64,000 nt of DNA, taken from assembly GCA_963829415.1 (NCBI GenBank), contig CAWHII010000004.1, forward strand, positions 238,783 through 302,782, in the 5' to 3' direction. This document shows positions 20,349-31,091 of this stretch, piece by piece. The notes beneath the pieces were generated by a model. The model was given only the letters and a program-made list of their open reading frames with translations. It made no database searches and was not told where the DNA came from. A program made the translations under genes and the position numbers. This stretch comes from an uncultured beta proteobacterium. GTDB taxonomy: Bacteria > Pseudomonadota > Gammaproteobacteria > Burkholderiales > Casimicrobiaceae. Within the stretch, counting starts at the first letter, position 1. Every line of letters begins with the position of its first letter.

Positions 20349-20377
20349 TTAGTCGGGAAAACGCACAAAAGATTTCA
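20349..20377 (-). promoter_or_regulatory. Possible ECF-sigma promoter upstream of msrA
   Basis: Minus strand reads TGAAATC-N16-GACTAA, similar to ECF -35/-10 elements; pattern match only. Confidence 0.25.
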
Positions 20378-20452
20378 TTGCGTTTCGGATTCCTCGCGTG
20401 GCCGCCCGCCGTAAACGGAATGGATCGTTCGACCGGACGAACGAAGGCCTGA

Positions 20453-21010
20453 TCACGGACCCTTCCCGGCCGGCCCGGCGCGCGCCGCCGCCGAATTGGG
20501 CTCGACGCCGGCAAGCGCCATGACAGGCACGGCCAAGCGACGATCCGCGACAGTTTGCTGTCCCGGCGTCAGCGTCGCGTACAGCTGCTTTCCGGCATCC
20601 ACTATATCCTCGATCGCGGTGAGGCGATCGCGCGCGATATCGGAAAGGCGGTCCAGGCGCTGCGGGGCAGGCAGGTCGCCCCCCAAGGCAGAGCGCGCCG
20701 TGCGCTGAGCGTCTTCCGCCAGCTTCAGCACGCGGTCGCGATAATTGAGCCACGCTTTCTGCTGCTCCGGCCGAATCCGCAAGTCCTCCTCGAGGAGTTC
20801 GAGCCGGTATTGGACGGCAGATTGGAGCGTCGATTGCAGGTTGGCGTCAGGAGCTGCCGGTGTCTTTGGAGGAGGAACATGCGAGGTGTCGGCGCCGCGG
20901 GACGATCCGCGGGCCCCACCGCCGCCGGGCGTCTGGCCAAATGCGAGGCCCGCCGCCATCAATGCGGCGACGACAAATGGAATTGCTCTGTACAACGAAA
21001 GTCCTGTCAC
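20453..21010 (-). CDS. Spy/CpxP family periplasmic protein
   Basis: Signal peptide, LRIRPEQQKAW and LYATLTPGQQ (LTXXQ-like); AGGAG before GTG 21010. Confidence 0.78.
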   Translation of the reverse strand: MTGLSLYRAIPFVVAALMAAGLAFGQTPGGGGARGSSRGADTSHVPPPKTPAAPDANLQSTLQSAVQYRLELLEEDLRIRPEQQKAWLNYRDRVLKLAEDAQRTARSALGGDLPAPQRLDRLSDIARDRLTAIEDIVDAGKQLYATLTPGQQTVADRRLAVPVMALAGVEPNSAAARAGPAGKGP

Positions 21011-21091
21011 TTTGGCTCCTGTGGTCTGCTCGAGGTTGTATCGCAGTCGGTGAATGTTGCACATTCGGCACGTCGCGCAACGCGGCCCTAC

Positions 21092-22057
21092 TTAGGGGCG
21101 CGACGGCACCATCACCAGCCGGTCGGTGCCGGATTCCGCTCCCCACGCTTCACCGGGCCGTCCCAGCATCTGCCGCACGGCGGCATTGCCACGATTGGAT
21201 TCGAAACGTTCGAATTTCTCGGTCGCCGGATCGAACCTGACAATCGCGTTGACGTTCCAGTCGGTCAGCCAGACGCGGTCGCGCTCGTCGACCCAGACAG
21301 AATACGCGCGCGCGTCGCCCGGCAGCTTCCATTCGCGCCACGTGCGCGCCGCGGGATCATACAGGCCGACCTGCCCCGTGTTCCAATAACTCACCCAAAT
21401 GCGGCCGCGCGAATCGGACCACACGCGGCGCGCGCCCTGTTTCGGCGTCGGCGGTTCAATCACGGTCGCCTCGCCGGATTCCGTGTCTATGCGCGCAATG
21501 TGATTTCCGGCCAGCGACGCGTAGTAGACGTCGCCGGACGGCGTGGTCGCGATGCCGTACGGCCCGCTGCCGCGCGGCGCCCGCCAGACTTTCACCTCGC
21601 CGGTGGCGGGATCAAGCTTGCCGTAGATCCCGCTCTGGCCGGTAAACCACACGCGGCCGCGAGCGTCGAAGGTCAGCGTGTTGAGATTGCTGTTACCGGC
21701 GTCTGCGGGTAGCGGAAACTTCCGCACCTGCCTGGTAACTGGATCGACCCGAACTATCGCATTCTGGCCGCCATCGGTGATCCAGGGTGCGCCGTCGGGT
21801 CCGACAATCACCCCATGCGGCGCCGAGCGCGGCCCAAGCGCGACTTCTTCGTGCTTGCCGGTCTTGGGGTCCAGGATGCCGAGCTTTCCCGTTGCCTGCG
21901 CCGTGTAATAGACGGCCCCGCCGGGCGATGGTGCCGCCGCGACGTCGTGCGGGTGCGATCCTCGCGCAACGTCGAAATAGACGGGCTCCGCCGCGAGCGC
22001 ATTCGTTGCCATCGCGAAGACGCAGAGGGTCATGGACAGCTTTCGAAGAATCGACAT
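21092..22057 (-). CDS. Secreted Vgb-like (virginiamycin B lyase family) beta-propeller protein
   Basis: Signal peptide; repeated PHDV/PHGV/PYGI..PDG..W blades. Confidence 0.82.
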   Translation of the reverse strand: MSILRKLSMTLCVFAMATNALAAEPVYFDVARGSHPHDVAAAPSPGGAVYYTAQATGKLGILDPKTGKHEEVALGPRSAPHGVIVGPDGAPWITDGGQNAIVRVDPVTRQVRKFPLPADAGNSNLNTLTFDARGRVWFTGQSGIYGKLDPATGEVKVWRAPRGSGPYGIATTPSGDVYYASLAGNHIARIDTESGEATVIEPPTPKQGARRVWSDSRGRIWVSYWNTGQVGLYDPAARTWREWKLPGDARAYSVWVDERDRVWLTDWNVNAIVRFDPATEKFERFESNRGNAAVRQMLGRPGEAWGAESGTDRLVMVPSRP

Positions 22058-22320
22058 GATCAACTCCATCCGAAGGAGACCGATGCGCCGGCAGCACCAT
22101 CCGGCGAAATTCTCGGGCCCGAGGGGTCCCGTACGTCAAGTGTAATGCTGTGGTACCAGTTCCGGGGAACCCCGCGCGGCCATTGGGGCACGCGCCCTGC
22201 GCGGGATACGCCGCCCGGCGCGATCGGAAGTGTTGCAGAATCTGCATCCAGGCATGCGGCAGTTGCCGTATCCGAACAGACTTCCCGTCAACGCACTTTC
22301 CGCCCGGCGTCTAGGTTCCC

Positions 22321-23154
22321 ATGGCATCGAAACTACTACGCAAGGGATTTGTAGCCATCGGGATCGTGTCCACGCTGGCATCGCTTGCCTACGCCGGTCT
22401 GCTGGCCACGCTGTATTCGAACCAGGAGCAGCTGATCTTTCCCGCGACGAAACTACCTGCGGATTATCAGTTCCGGTTCAACCAGCGTTTCGAGGAAATC
22501 CATGTGGAGGTGCCCGGAAGCTCACTTTCCGCGCTGCTGTTTCGTCAACCGGATCCGCGCGGACTGATCTTCTACCTGCATGGAAACGGCGGCGACCTGT
22601 CCAGCTGGACCACGGGCCTCGAGTTCTACCGGCAAATCAACTACGACCTCTTCATCTTCGATTATCGCGGCTACGGCAAGAGCACCGGCCGCATCGAAAG
22701 CGAGGCGCAGCTTCACTCGGATGTGCGCGCCGCGTGGGAGGCAATCGCGCCGCGATATCGCAACATGCCAGTCGTTTTCTTCGGCCGTTCGCTGGGCACT
22801 GCCCTCGCGACCAGGCTGGCCGCCGACGTCGACCCGGCGATGCTGGTCCTGGTGACGCCATTCACCAGCCTCGTCGCGGTCGGGAAGCGCAGTTACCCGT
22901 TTGCGCCCGAATTCCTGATGAAATATCCGCTACACACCGACACGATCATCGGCGCGGTCAAGAGTCCGGTGCTGCTGGTAGCCGGCACGGAGGACGAACT
23001 GACGCCGCTTGCCGACAGCGAACAACTGACGGCGCTCGTGCGCTCGCGGGCCGAATTACTCGTCGTGCAGGGCGCCGGTCACAACGACATTCACCGGTTT
23101 CCTGCCTATATCGACGGGCTGGCCTCTCGCTTGGTTAAGGTGGGCGGTGGATGA
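22321..23154 (+). CDS. Alpha/beta hydrolase (ABHD13/BEM46-like)
   Basis: YLHGNGG, DYRGYGKS, GRSLG nucleophile, GTEDE, GHND. Confidence 0.9.
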   Translation: MASKLLRKGFVAIGIVSTLASLAYAGLLATLYSNQEQLIFPATKLPADYQFRFNQRFEEIHVEVPGSSLSALLFRQPDPRGLIFYLHGNGGDLSSWTTGLEFYRQINYDLFIFDYRGYGKSTGRIESEAQLHSDVRAAWEAIAPRYRNMPVVFFGRSLGTALATRLAADVDPAMLVLVTPFTSLVAVGKRSYPFAPEFLMKYPLHTDTIIGAVKSPVLLVAGTEDELTPLADSEQLTALVRSRAELLVVQGAGHNDIHRFPAYIDGLASRLVKVGGG

Positions 23155-23273
23155 CATGTACAAACGCACATTGGCGATCGATCATTTGCGGGCTACGACA
23201 TGTGGATCGCCATGGCATTCCGGCCAACGCCGAACATGGTCGACGGTTCGCTGAACCAATACGGAGATTCGCG

Positions 23274-23675
23274 ATGCCCCGCTTTGCCGTAGCCTATGCA
23301 GCCACGTTGGTCGTGTTCTGCGGACTGGATTTCCTCTGGCTGGGATTCGTCGCCAAGGGCTACTACCAGTCCCAGGTCGGCACCCTGCTGCTCGAAAAGC
23401 CGAACCTGCCCGTCGCCGCTTTGTTCTATGGTCTGTATATCGTCGGGATTCTGACCTTCGCGGTGTTGCCGGCGCTGGATGCCGGGCAGTGGGGGAAGGC
23501 GCTGTTATACGGCGCGCTGTTCGGATTCTTCGCGTACGCCACCTACGATCTCACCAACCTCGCGACATTGAAGGGCTGGTCGATGGGAGTCGCGGTGCTC
23601 GACCTGGCATGGGGCGTCACGGTGACGGCCATTTCGGCGACCGCTGGGTATCTGGTCACGCGAACAGTGCTATAG
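23274..23675 (+). CDS. DUF2177 family membrane protein
   Basis: LDFLWLG, YATYDLTNLATLKGW..DLAWG. Confidence 0.88.
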   Translation: MPRFAVAYAATLVVFCGLDFLWLGFVAKGYYQSQVGTLLLEKPNLPVAALFYGLYIVGILTFAVLPALDAGQWGKALLYGALFGFFAYATYDLTNLATLKGWSMGVAVLDLAWGVTVTAISATAGYLVTRTVL

Positions 23676-23738
23676 CCGCGCGCATTGTCCTGGATTCACG
23701 AACGGCGAGTTGCGCGGAAGCGCTTCCAGCATGTTCGT

Positions 23739-24545
23739 TTAGCGTTCGTAGGTTGCGGCCGCACCCTGGCACTGCGCTACCTTCCCCCAATAGCCGTCGC
23801 AATACTGGATCCGGACGCGTTGACCACAGATGAGGCCACCGACAACCCCCTCGCGATCGCATTGCGCCATTGCATCGTGCATGTTCTGCCAGCGGTCCGG
23901 AATCGGGCGTGGTGGCGGCGGCGCGGGGGTTGCCGCAATTATTTCGGGCTCGGGCGGCGGGGCAACGGCATCGGGAGGATCCCCGTTGGCCGTCGCAAAC
24001 GTCGCGCGGTTCGTCGGCGCAGTGCGCTTCGCGGCAGCGGTCCCGGCCAACTTGGCCACTGGTGACGTTTGGGAAACAACGGTGGCGCCGATCGGTACAG
24101 ACTTACCCGCCTCCACCGCGGACGAGACAATATTGGCTTCGACGTTCCCCGACGCTGCCGCGCTCGCGGCCACTTCCTGGCGAACTCCCGGAGTGACTGC
24201 CGGCGCCTCCGCCGACGATCCGTCGTGGGAACGGGCGCCAAGTCCGCGCTGCGTGAAATAACCGGCTCCGCCCAATGCAGCGGCAACGACAAGAATTCCG
24301 ATGAATATGCGACGCCCCGGTTTGAGCAGCATTGCCCGAGCGGGAGGAGTTTGCGCTGGACGTGCCGCCTCCGCGAGCGCGACTGGCGCACGCGCGCGTC
24401 GCCGCTGGCGCCTCACGTCGATGACGGACGGCGGCCGCAGGTCTTCCTGCACCGTCATATAACGGGCACGCTTGAGTGCGGCTTTGCATGGAGCGCATAA
24501 CATCGCTCCCGGCAAAGACGGCTTGCCGCAAATCGTGCAGTCCAT
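23739..24545 (-). CDS. Hypothetical membrane protein: N-terminal CxxC-CxxC, TM helix, Ala/Pro linker, four-Cys C-terminal domain
   Basis: MDCTICGK..LCAPC; IFIGILVVAAALGG; CDRE..ICGQ..YCDGYWGKVAQC. Confidence 0.7.
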   Translation of the reverse strand: MDCTICGKPSLPGAMLCAPCKAALKRARYMTVQEDLRPPSVIDVRRQRRRARAPVALAEAARPAQTPPARAMLLKPGRRIFIGILVVAAALGGAGYFTQRGLGARSHDGSSAEAPAVTPGVRQEVAASAAASGNVEANIVSSAVEAGKSVPIGATVVSQTSPVAKLAGTAAAKRTAPTNRATFATANGDPPDAVAPPPEPEIIAATPAPPPPRPIPDRWQNMHDAMAQCDREGVVGGLICGQRVRIQYCDGYWGKVAQCQGAAATYER

Positions 24546-24770
24546 TGGCCCTTTCAGCGATTGCCGGTCGCGTCGGCGCTGTGCCGCGCCCTCCGGTCGA
24601 CACCGCATTTATCATGCCAGTGTCATAGTAACATCCGGCCTCGCAACGCCGCAACGACGTCCGACCAGCGGCCCGGATGGTTGACTACAGCGTGGCGCGG
24701 TCGAATGGGAGCGAGTTGCCCTTCAACGCTCGTCGCCGCTGCCGGGCACGCGCCATGCCCGTCGGGCTCG

Positions 24771-25841
24771 TCAGCCGTAATGCTGTCCGAACCGATTGGC
24801 CAGGAAGCGCTCGAGATCGGCGTCTTCCTGCCGCACGAACCCCCTGGTCGGCAGCGCCCCGTCGCGCATCATGTCCACCATGGCGCAGATGCCCGCCGCC
24901 GTGGTCACCTGAATCGCCGAGTACAACTTGCCACCGACGGTCTTGCTGTAGATTTTCTTGGCAAACGATTCCTGGGTCAGGCGGCCTTCGCGCATGCCGC
25001 TGACCGTGACGAACACCAGGACGACGTCCTGATGCGTCATCGGGACCGACTCCTCGAGGACGTCCTTCAGGATTTCGCGCCGCTGACCGAGCCGGAGATC
25101 GCGGATCAGCATTTTCACGATGTCGCGGTGGCCGGGATAGCGGACCGTCTTGTAGTTCAGGTTCTCCACCTTTCCGTCCAGCGTCTCGCACAGCGTGCCC
25201 AGGCCGCCGGACGTGTTGAACGCCTCGTACGCCACGCCATCGAGCGAGAATGCCTCCACCTCTTCCAGCGCCAGCGTTTCGTGCACGCGGCTGTCGATGA
25301 TCGCCTCGCAGGGATTGCAGTACTCGTTGATCAGTCCGTCGGTGCTCCAGGTCAGGTTGTACTTGAGCGCATTGGTCGGGTAGACCGGCAGCGCACCGAC
25401 GCGCATCTGCACGTCGCGCAGCGAATCGAATTTGCGCGTCATGGCATAGGCGAGGATGGATATGAAGCCCGGAGCCAGGCCGCACTGGGGAACGAGCGCA
25501 GTCCTGGCCGTCGTCGCCAGCGCCTTGACGCGCCGTGTGCTTGCGACATCCTCGGTGAGATCGAAGTAATGCGCGCCGACATCGACGGCCGCGGCGGCAA
25601 TCGCCGGGGTCAGATGGAACGGACAGGCGCTGATGACGAATTCATGGCCGCGGATCAGTTCGCACAACGCTGCCGGGTCACCGAATTCACAGCGCACTGT
25701 GGCCGCCCCGAGCGCGGCCATGGGCACCAGACGCGCCGGGTCCTGATCCGCAACGGTGAGCGTGTAGTCGCCGGACGCTTGCAGGATGTGCGTGATCGTC
25801 TCGCCGATCTTGCCGGCGCCCATGAGGATAAGTCGCGTCAT
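24771..25841 (-). CDS. Saccharopine dehydrogenase family / L-lysine 6-dehydrogenase
   Basis: MGAGKIG, YFDLTEDV, PQCGLAPG, YNLTWSTDGLINEY, YEAFNTSGG, YKTVRYPGH. Confidence 0.87.
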   Translation of the reverse strand: MTRLILMGAGKIGETITHILQASGDYTLTVADQDPARLVPMAALGAATVRCEFGDPAALCELIRGHEFVISACPFHLTPAIAAAAVDVGAHYFDLTEDVASTRRVKALATTARTALVPQCGLAPGFISILAYAMTRKFDSLRDVQMRVGALPVYPTNALKYNLTWSTDGLINEYCNPCEAIIDSRVHETLALEEVEAFSLDGVAYEAFNTSGGLGTLCETLDGKVENLNYKTVRYPGHRDIVKMLIRDLRLGQRREILKDVLEESVPMTHQDVVLVFVTVSGMREGRLTQESFAKKIYSKTVGGKLYSAIQVTTAAGICAMVDMMRDGALPTRGFVRQEDADLERFLANRFGQHYG

Positions 25842-25947
25842 GTGCTGATTCCCGGGGATAGTCATTATCGATGGCGGGAATTCTAGGCCAGGAGTCCGCC
25901 AGATCACAGGCTGTGAACTGGCGGAATGACGGTATAATTCCGACGAT

Positions 25948-26400
25948 ATGGCAACCATTTCGGCAAAACGACGGATCTCAGCGGAGCAGCAGCGTTTGCT
26001 GGCGCTGCTCCGGCGCAATGCCCGGGAGTCGACCGCGTCGCTGGCCCGCAAGCTCGGCGTCGCGCGCACCACGGTCCAGGAGCGCATTCATCGTCTGGAG
26101 CGCGACGGTGTCATCAACGGCTACACGGTGCGCGTCACCGACGCGTTCGCCCGCCACCGAATCACTGCGCATGTGCTGATCAACGTCAACGCCAAGCTGG
26201 CCGAACGCGTCGTGCGGGAGCTCGAAGCTTCACCTTATGTCCGCGCCATGTACGCGCTGTCCGGGGTCTTCGACTACGAGGTTACCGTCGACGCCGGCAG
26301 CACGGAGGAAATCGACGGCATCCTCGACGCGATCGGGCGTATCGAGGGGATCGAACGGACCCAGACGTCGATCGTGCTCTCGGTCAAGTTCGAGCGCTGA
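25948..26400 (+). CDS. Lrp/AsnC family transcriptional regulator (divergent from the dehydrogenase)
   Basis: NARESTASLARKLGVARTTVQERIHRLE HTH; SGVFDY. Confidence 0.92.
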   Translation: MATISAKRRISAEQQRLLALLRRNARESTASLARKLGVARTTVQERIHRLERDGVINGYTVRVTDAFARHRITAHVLINVNAKLAERVVRELEASPYVRAMYALSGVFDYEVTVDAGSTEEIDGILDAIGRIEGIERTQTSIVLSVKFER

Positions 26401-26492
26401 CCCGAACGGAAACTGACGAATATTCGCGTGCGGAGGGCGAAGCGCGCGCGTATGCTCGACAGCTGTCGTCCACAACTTGTAACGGAGGCCCC

Positions 26493-27959
26493 ATGCGCGC
26501 GCGCATCTGGCTCACCCTTTCCGTGCTGGTCGCAGCGACGCTTACCGCCTGCACGCCGAACGAAGCCTTCCGGAAAAGCGCCGCCGTGCCAGCACGGCCC
26601 TGCACGTCCGACCGCATGTCGGGCCTGCCGTTGGACTGCCGCCAGGCGATTACGGAAACCACGGCCGCCTATGACCTGCATTTCGTCGAATTCGACGATC
26701 AGGGCTGGACCTATCCGGTAGCGGCCAATGCCGGCGGCGATTCGCCGAAAGACGAGTCCTCGCAGCAGTTGCGCCTGGTCATGGAGCGGTTGAACGCGGC
26801 CCTGCAGGAACATCCGGTCCGGATCTTCGTCTATGTCCACGGATGGAAACACAATGCGGCGTTCGACGACGACAATGTCGTCAATTTCAGGGACTTCCTC
26901 AACGAGGCCGCGCAATACGAGGACGTCGCGCAGTCCGGTAATCGTGTCGTCGGGATCTACGTCGGCTGGCGCGGCAAGTCGCTGGACATCGGCGAACCTT
27001 GGATCTCGGCGACGTTCTGGGACCGGAAAACGGTCGCGCAGCACGTTGCCGTCGGGTCGGTACGCGAACTCTCGGCGCAGCTGCGAGCGTTCCAGCGCCG
27101 CGCAAACGGAACCCAGGTTGGCGCGGTCAAGAAACGCGCGTTACCCAACGATCAGCCGGTTCGCATCTACATGATCGGGCACAGCTTCGGCGGTCTGGCG
27201 CTCTATGCCGCCGTCTCGCAGTCGCTTGTCTATGGCTTCATTTCAGGCGAGGACATCGACGGCAAGAACGCGCCGGTTGAGCGCCTGGGTGACATGGTCG
27301 TATTGATCAATCCTGCGTTCGAGGCCACTCGCTTCCAGCCGCTCGACCGGGCAGCGCGGAACCGCAACTACGACGTCTACCAGGCGCCCGTCTTCGTTGC
27401 CATCACCTCCGACGCGGATGCGGCAACGGGCAAGCTCTTCCCGCTGGGGCGCACGCTCAATACGATCTTCGAATCTGAACTCACCAAGGAAGAGCGCAAC
27501 GCGAACCGCAATACGCCGGGACACATCGATGCTTACCTCACCCATCGTCTGGCCCTGACGTCAACCGGCACACCCGAGTGCATCGGCTGGAATCCCGATC
27601 CTGCGACCCCTGCGGAAATGGCCGCGAACATACAGCTGGAATTCAACAGTTCGCAGGCGTTCAAAACCCGCCTGGTGAACGAGCGGTGGCCGCGCGATGC
27701 GGACGGCAAGCCGGAGCCGCGCGTCTTTTGTGGCGGGCTGGTGCTGACCCCGTTGGGCGGGGAGCCCGAACGCTACCGCAATTCGGACCCCAACATGCCG
27801 CTATGGAACCTGACGGTGAGCGGAGAGATAATCCCCGGCCATAACGACATCAACAAGCCGATTTTCCGGGCGTTCCTGCGCCAGCTGTTTCTCGACGAAT
27901 ATTTCAATTCGCGCATACGCACGGCGGCGCCGCTGCCTGAACCGCAACTGCCACGATAG
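26493..27959 (+). CDS. Lipoprotein alpha/beta hydrolase (esterase-like)
   Basis: Lipobox LTAC, FVEFDDQG, YVHGWKHNA, GHSFG nucleophile. Confidence 0.8.
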   Translation: MRARIWLTLSVLVAATLTACTPNEAFRKSAAVPARPCTSDRMSGLPLDCRQAITETTAAYDLHFVEFDDQGWTYPVAANAGGDSPKDESSQQLRLVMERLNAALQEHPVRIFVYVHGWKHNAAFDDDNVVNFRDFLNEAAQYEDVAQSGNRVVGIYVGWRGKSLDIGEPWISATFWDRKTVAQHVAVGSVRELSAQLRAFQRRANGTQVGAVKKRALPNDQPVRIYMIGHSFGGLALYAAVSQSLVYGFISGEDIDGKNAPVERLGDMVVLINPAFEATRFQPLDRAARNRNYDVYQAPVFVAITSDADAATGKLFPLGRTLNTIFESELTKEERNANRNTPGHIDAYLTHRLALTSTGTPECIGWNPDPATPAEMAANIQLEFNSSQAFKTRLVNERWPRDADGKPEPRVFCGGLVLTPLGGEPERYRNSDPNMPLWNLTVSGEIIPGHNDINKPIFRAFLRQLFLDEYFNSRIRTAAPLPEPQLPR

Positions 27960-28004
27960 ACTGTGCAGTCCCCGCAAACGCCGGGCGAACATGAAGGGAG
28001 CGCA

Positions 28005-28763
28005 ATGACTCAATCCACCAAGGTTGCCATCGTCACGGGCGCCGGCAGCGGCATCGGCAAGGCGGTCGCCATGGCCTTCCTCAGGACCGGATACCGCGTC
28101 GCCCTCGCGGGCCGGCGGCAGGAGCTGCTCGAACAGGCGGTCAAGGATGCCGGCGCCACGGCGACCAATGCGCTCGTCGTCGCGACCGACGTCGCCAATC
28201 CGGTATCGGTGCGTGCGCTGTTCGCACGGACCAAGGCGGCGTTTGGCCGGCTGGATGTCCTGTTCAACAATGCAGGCGTAGGCGCGCCGGCAATCAACCT
28301 GGAAGACCTGACGTTCGAGCAATGGAAGAATGTGGTCGACATCAACCTGACCGGTGTATTTCTCTGCACGCAGGAAGCCATCAAGCTGATGAAGGATCAA
28401 GCGCCGCGCGGCGGGCGGATCATCAACAATGGCTCGATTTCCGCCCATGCGCCCCGACCCAATTCCGCCCCCTACACGGCGACCAAGCACGCGATCACCG
28501 GGCTCACCAAGTCGACGTCGCTCGACGGACGCAAATACGACATCGCGTGCGGGCAGATCGACATCGGCAATGCCGGAACCGAGATGGCGGCCAGGATGGC
28601 GACCGGTGTCCCACAGGCCAATGGGCAGATTGCAATCGAGCCGCTGATGGATGTTGCGCACGTCGCGAATTCGGTCGTCTACATGGCCAGCCTGCCGCTG
28701 GATGCCAATGTGCAGTTCATGACGGTGATGGCGACCAAGATGCCGTTCGTGGGCCGCGGGTAA
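28005..28763 (+). CDS. SDR family oxidoreductase
   Basis: [17 protein letters not shown]. Confidence 0.92.
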   Translation: MTQSTKVAIVTGAGSGIGKAVAMAFLRTGYRVALAGRRQELLEQAVKDAGATATNALVVATDVANPVSVRALFARTKAAFGRLDVLFNNAGVGAPAINLEDLTFEQWKNVVDINLTGVFLCTQEAIKLMKDQAPRGGRIINNGSISAHAPRPNSAPYTATKHAITGLTKSTSLDGRKYDIACGQIDIGNAGTEMAARMATGVPQANGQIAIEPLMDVAHVANSVVYMASLPLDANVQFMTVMATKMPFVGRG

Positions 28764-28812
28764 CGCCGGGAATTCCGCCATGCGTCGCGTCCCGCGGAGC
28801 CGCAAGATCGTC

Positions 28813-29502
28813 ATGGCCGCATTCGACCGCGGCCAGGTGCCCAAGGTAGCCTGCATCAACAAGGCGACCGTAGGTCTTGGCGTGGATTTCGACCGGCTGG
28901 TCCCCGCGCTGCAGAAATTTCTCGACGAACACTTCGTACCCGTCTGGGGAACGCCGGCCACGCTGGTCAAGGCAACCCGGCCGCTCGCGGGCGCATGGTG
29001 CCTCATCTTTCTGGACAACGCGGACGCGGCCAACGCGCTCGGTTATCACGACCTCACGAACAACGACCTTCCGCTCGCAAAAATATTCGTCAAGACCACG
29101 CTGGCCAGCGGCCAGAAGGTGAGCGTGACGGCGTGCCACGAACTCGCGGAAATGATGGTCGATCCGGCGATCAATCTCTGGGCCGACGGACCGGATGCAT
29201 CGCTGTACGCCTATGAAATGTGCGACGCGGTGGAAGAGGAAGAATTCGCGATCGACGGCATCGCGATGAGCGACTTTGTCTACCCGTCGTACTTCGAACC
29301 GTTCCGCAAGGCGAAATCCACGCGGTTCGACCATCTCGACCTGCTCACACGCCCGTTTGAGCTGCGCAAGGGCGGCTACTCGCTGGTGCGCAATGGCGCC
29401 AAGGTCACACAGATTTTTGGTTCTCCGGCCAAGGCGCGGCGCTTCGAGCGCGAGGACCGGCGTCTGCACCGCAGCGAATACCGGAAGGCGCGGCTGCGCT
29501 AG
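28813..29502 (+). CDS. Hypothetical protein with HExxE motif (zincin-like?)
   Basis: ALGYHD, CHELAEMMVDP, YEMCDAVE; start 28780 or 28813. Confidence 0.65.
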   Translation: MAAFDRGQVPKVACINKATVGLGVDFDRLVPALQKFLDEHFVPVWGTPATLVKATRPLAGAWCLIFLDNADAANALGYHDLTNNDLPLAKIFVKTTLASGQKVSVTACHELAEMMVDPAINLWADGPDASLYAYEMCDAVEEEEFAIDGIAMSDFVYPSYFEPFRKAKSTRFDHLDLLTRPFELRKGGYSLVRNGAKVTQIFGSPAKARRFEREDRRLHRSEYRKARLR

Positions 29503-29580
29503 AGAGAAGCCCGTCGCGCGCCGCCCGGTGATTGCAAATGCGGCAATGCAAGCGTGCTTGGACCGGCAAGCGCTGAAATT

Positions 29581-30198
29581 CTAGTGGCGGAAGCAGAACC
29601 GGGACGTCCTGCGCCGCTGCATCCGGTAGGCCGCGCTGAAGCGCCGGCGCAGCCAATGGGGACGGCGAATCCGCCGCAACCACGCCCGCGCCTGGCGATA
29701 GGCGGCTTGATGCTCGAGCCACGCATGCAGCGTGCGCCGGATGCGCAGGAATGCGTGCTGCACGCGCAATACCCAGCCGATTTGCGTGATCGCCGGCGCG
29801 GTCAGTTGATACAACACGGCAAATACCGCGGAGAAGATCAGTTTCTCCAGGACGAGCACGGTGATGCCCAACAGGGCACGGCCATGCATGAAGGCCAGAA
29901 CGATCGCGCCCTTGAGCGGCAGCAAAGACAGTACTGGCAGCACGAACAGCGCCAGCGCCTGATAGGGCGTCCTGCGACGAATCCAGTCAGCGCATCTTGC
30001 GACGGGGGGCAGGCGCAAAAGCTCGCGCAGGAACTCGGCGGCGCCGCGCCACAACCATTCCTCGATCAACAGCAGCACGGCCGCGCAGAACAGCAGCGGC
30101 CTCGTAAGCCAGCGCCGGATCAGAGGTCGGTTCTTGCGCACAGGATAGGTCGAGCTGAGCCAGGAATTACTGCCAACCGGGGCCCCATTACGCCGCAA
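29581..30198 (-). CDS. Hypothetical membrane protein
   Basis: LLIEEWLW, three hydrophobic segments, basic C-terminus; start uncertain. Confidence 0.65.
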   Translation of the reverse strand: MRRNGAPVGSNSWLSSTYPVRKNRPLIRRWLTRPLLFCAAVLLLIEEWLWRGAAEFLRELLRLPPVARCADWIRRRTPYQALALFVLPVLSLLPLKGAIVLAFMHGRALLGITVLVLEKLIFSAVFAVLYQLTAPAITQIGWVLRVQHAFLRIRRTLHAWLEHQAAYRQARAWLRRIRRPHWLRRRFSAAYRMQRRRTSRFCFRH

Positions 30199-30271
30199 GC
30201 CTGCGCGCTGCGCCAGTGATTTGCGACGAACGGCAGCAGGGGGAGCGTCACTCGCGGCGGGGGAGCGCCGG

Positions 30272-31049
30272 CTATCTCAGCCAGACGGCGACGGTGCGGT
30301 CATAGTCGCCCGTCGCCTTGGCCAGGTGGAACCACTGGTCCACCCACGCCTTGAATACCGGGTCGCCACGCGGAATGAGATACGCCATTTCGCCGTACTG
30401 CAGCGGTTTGTCGGGATTGACCGCACAAAGTCCGGGTCGCAACTTTGCCTGGACAATGGTTTCAACCGATTCCGAGATCATCACGTCCGCGTTGCCCTTG
30501 AGGATCTCGTCGAAGATCGTCGTGTTGTCGTTGAAGATCACGATCTTCGCCTGCTTGAAATTCGCGCGCGCGAAGCGCTCGTTGCTGCCGCCCGGGTTCT
30601 CGATCACGGTCACGCCGGGCTTGTCGATGTCGGCCACCGTCTGGAACTTCGCCACATTTTCGCATTTGGTGATCGGCGCCTTGCCGTTCACCATGTACGC
30701 CGTGGTGAAGAACGCGCGCTTCTGGCGATCGAGCGTTACGGAAATGCCGCCGACACCCACGTCGCATTTCTCGACGAAGTCGTCCATCAGCTTGGGCCAG
30801 CTGGTCTTGACGAATCGGGCTTCAACGCCCAGCGACTTGGCCATCGCCTGCACCAGGTCCACGTCGATGCCCTCGAACGTCCCATCGCGCTTTCGCCAGG
30901 CTGAACGGCTTGTAGTCGCCCGGCGTGCAAACCCGCAGCGCTCCGCGCTTGATGACCTCGTCGAGACGCGAGTCCTCGGCGTGAACACCCGCGGTGGAAA
31001 GGGCGAACAGGAAAACGGCGGCAACGCGACACATGGCTACTGCTGACAT
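30272..31049 (-). CDS. Periplasmic family-3 solute-binding / cyclohexadienyl dehydratase (PheC)-like protein, with one apparent frameshift near 30887
   Basis: Signal peptide plus LRVCTPGDYKPFS in one frame; GTFEGIDVD..KTSWP..GGISVTLDRQ..NPGGSNE in the next; removing one base joins them as AKA-DGT. Confidence 0.8.
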
Positions 31050-31091
31050 GGCAACTCCCGGCGTAAGCACGGCGAAGGCTTGAACTCTACC

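Noticed and set aside
21092-22057. Streptogramin resistance gene (vgb)
   Set aside because: Only family-level beta-propeller similarity; it has a signal peptide and no mobile context.
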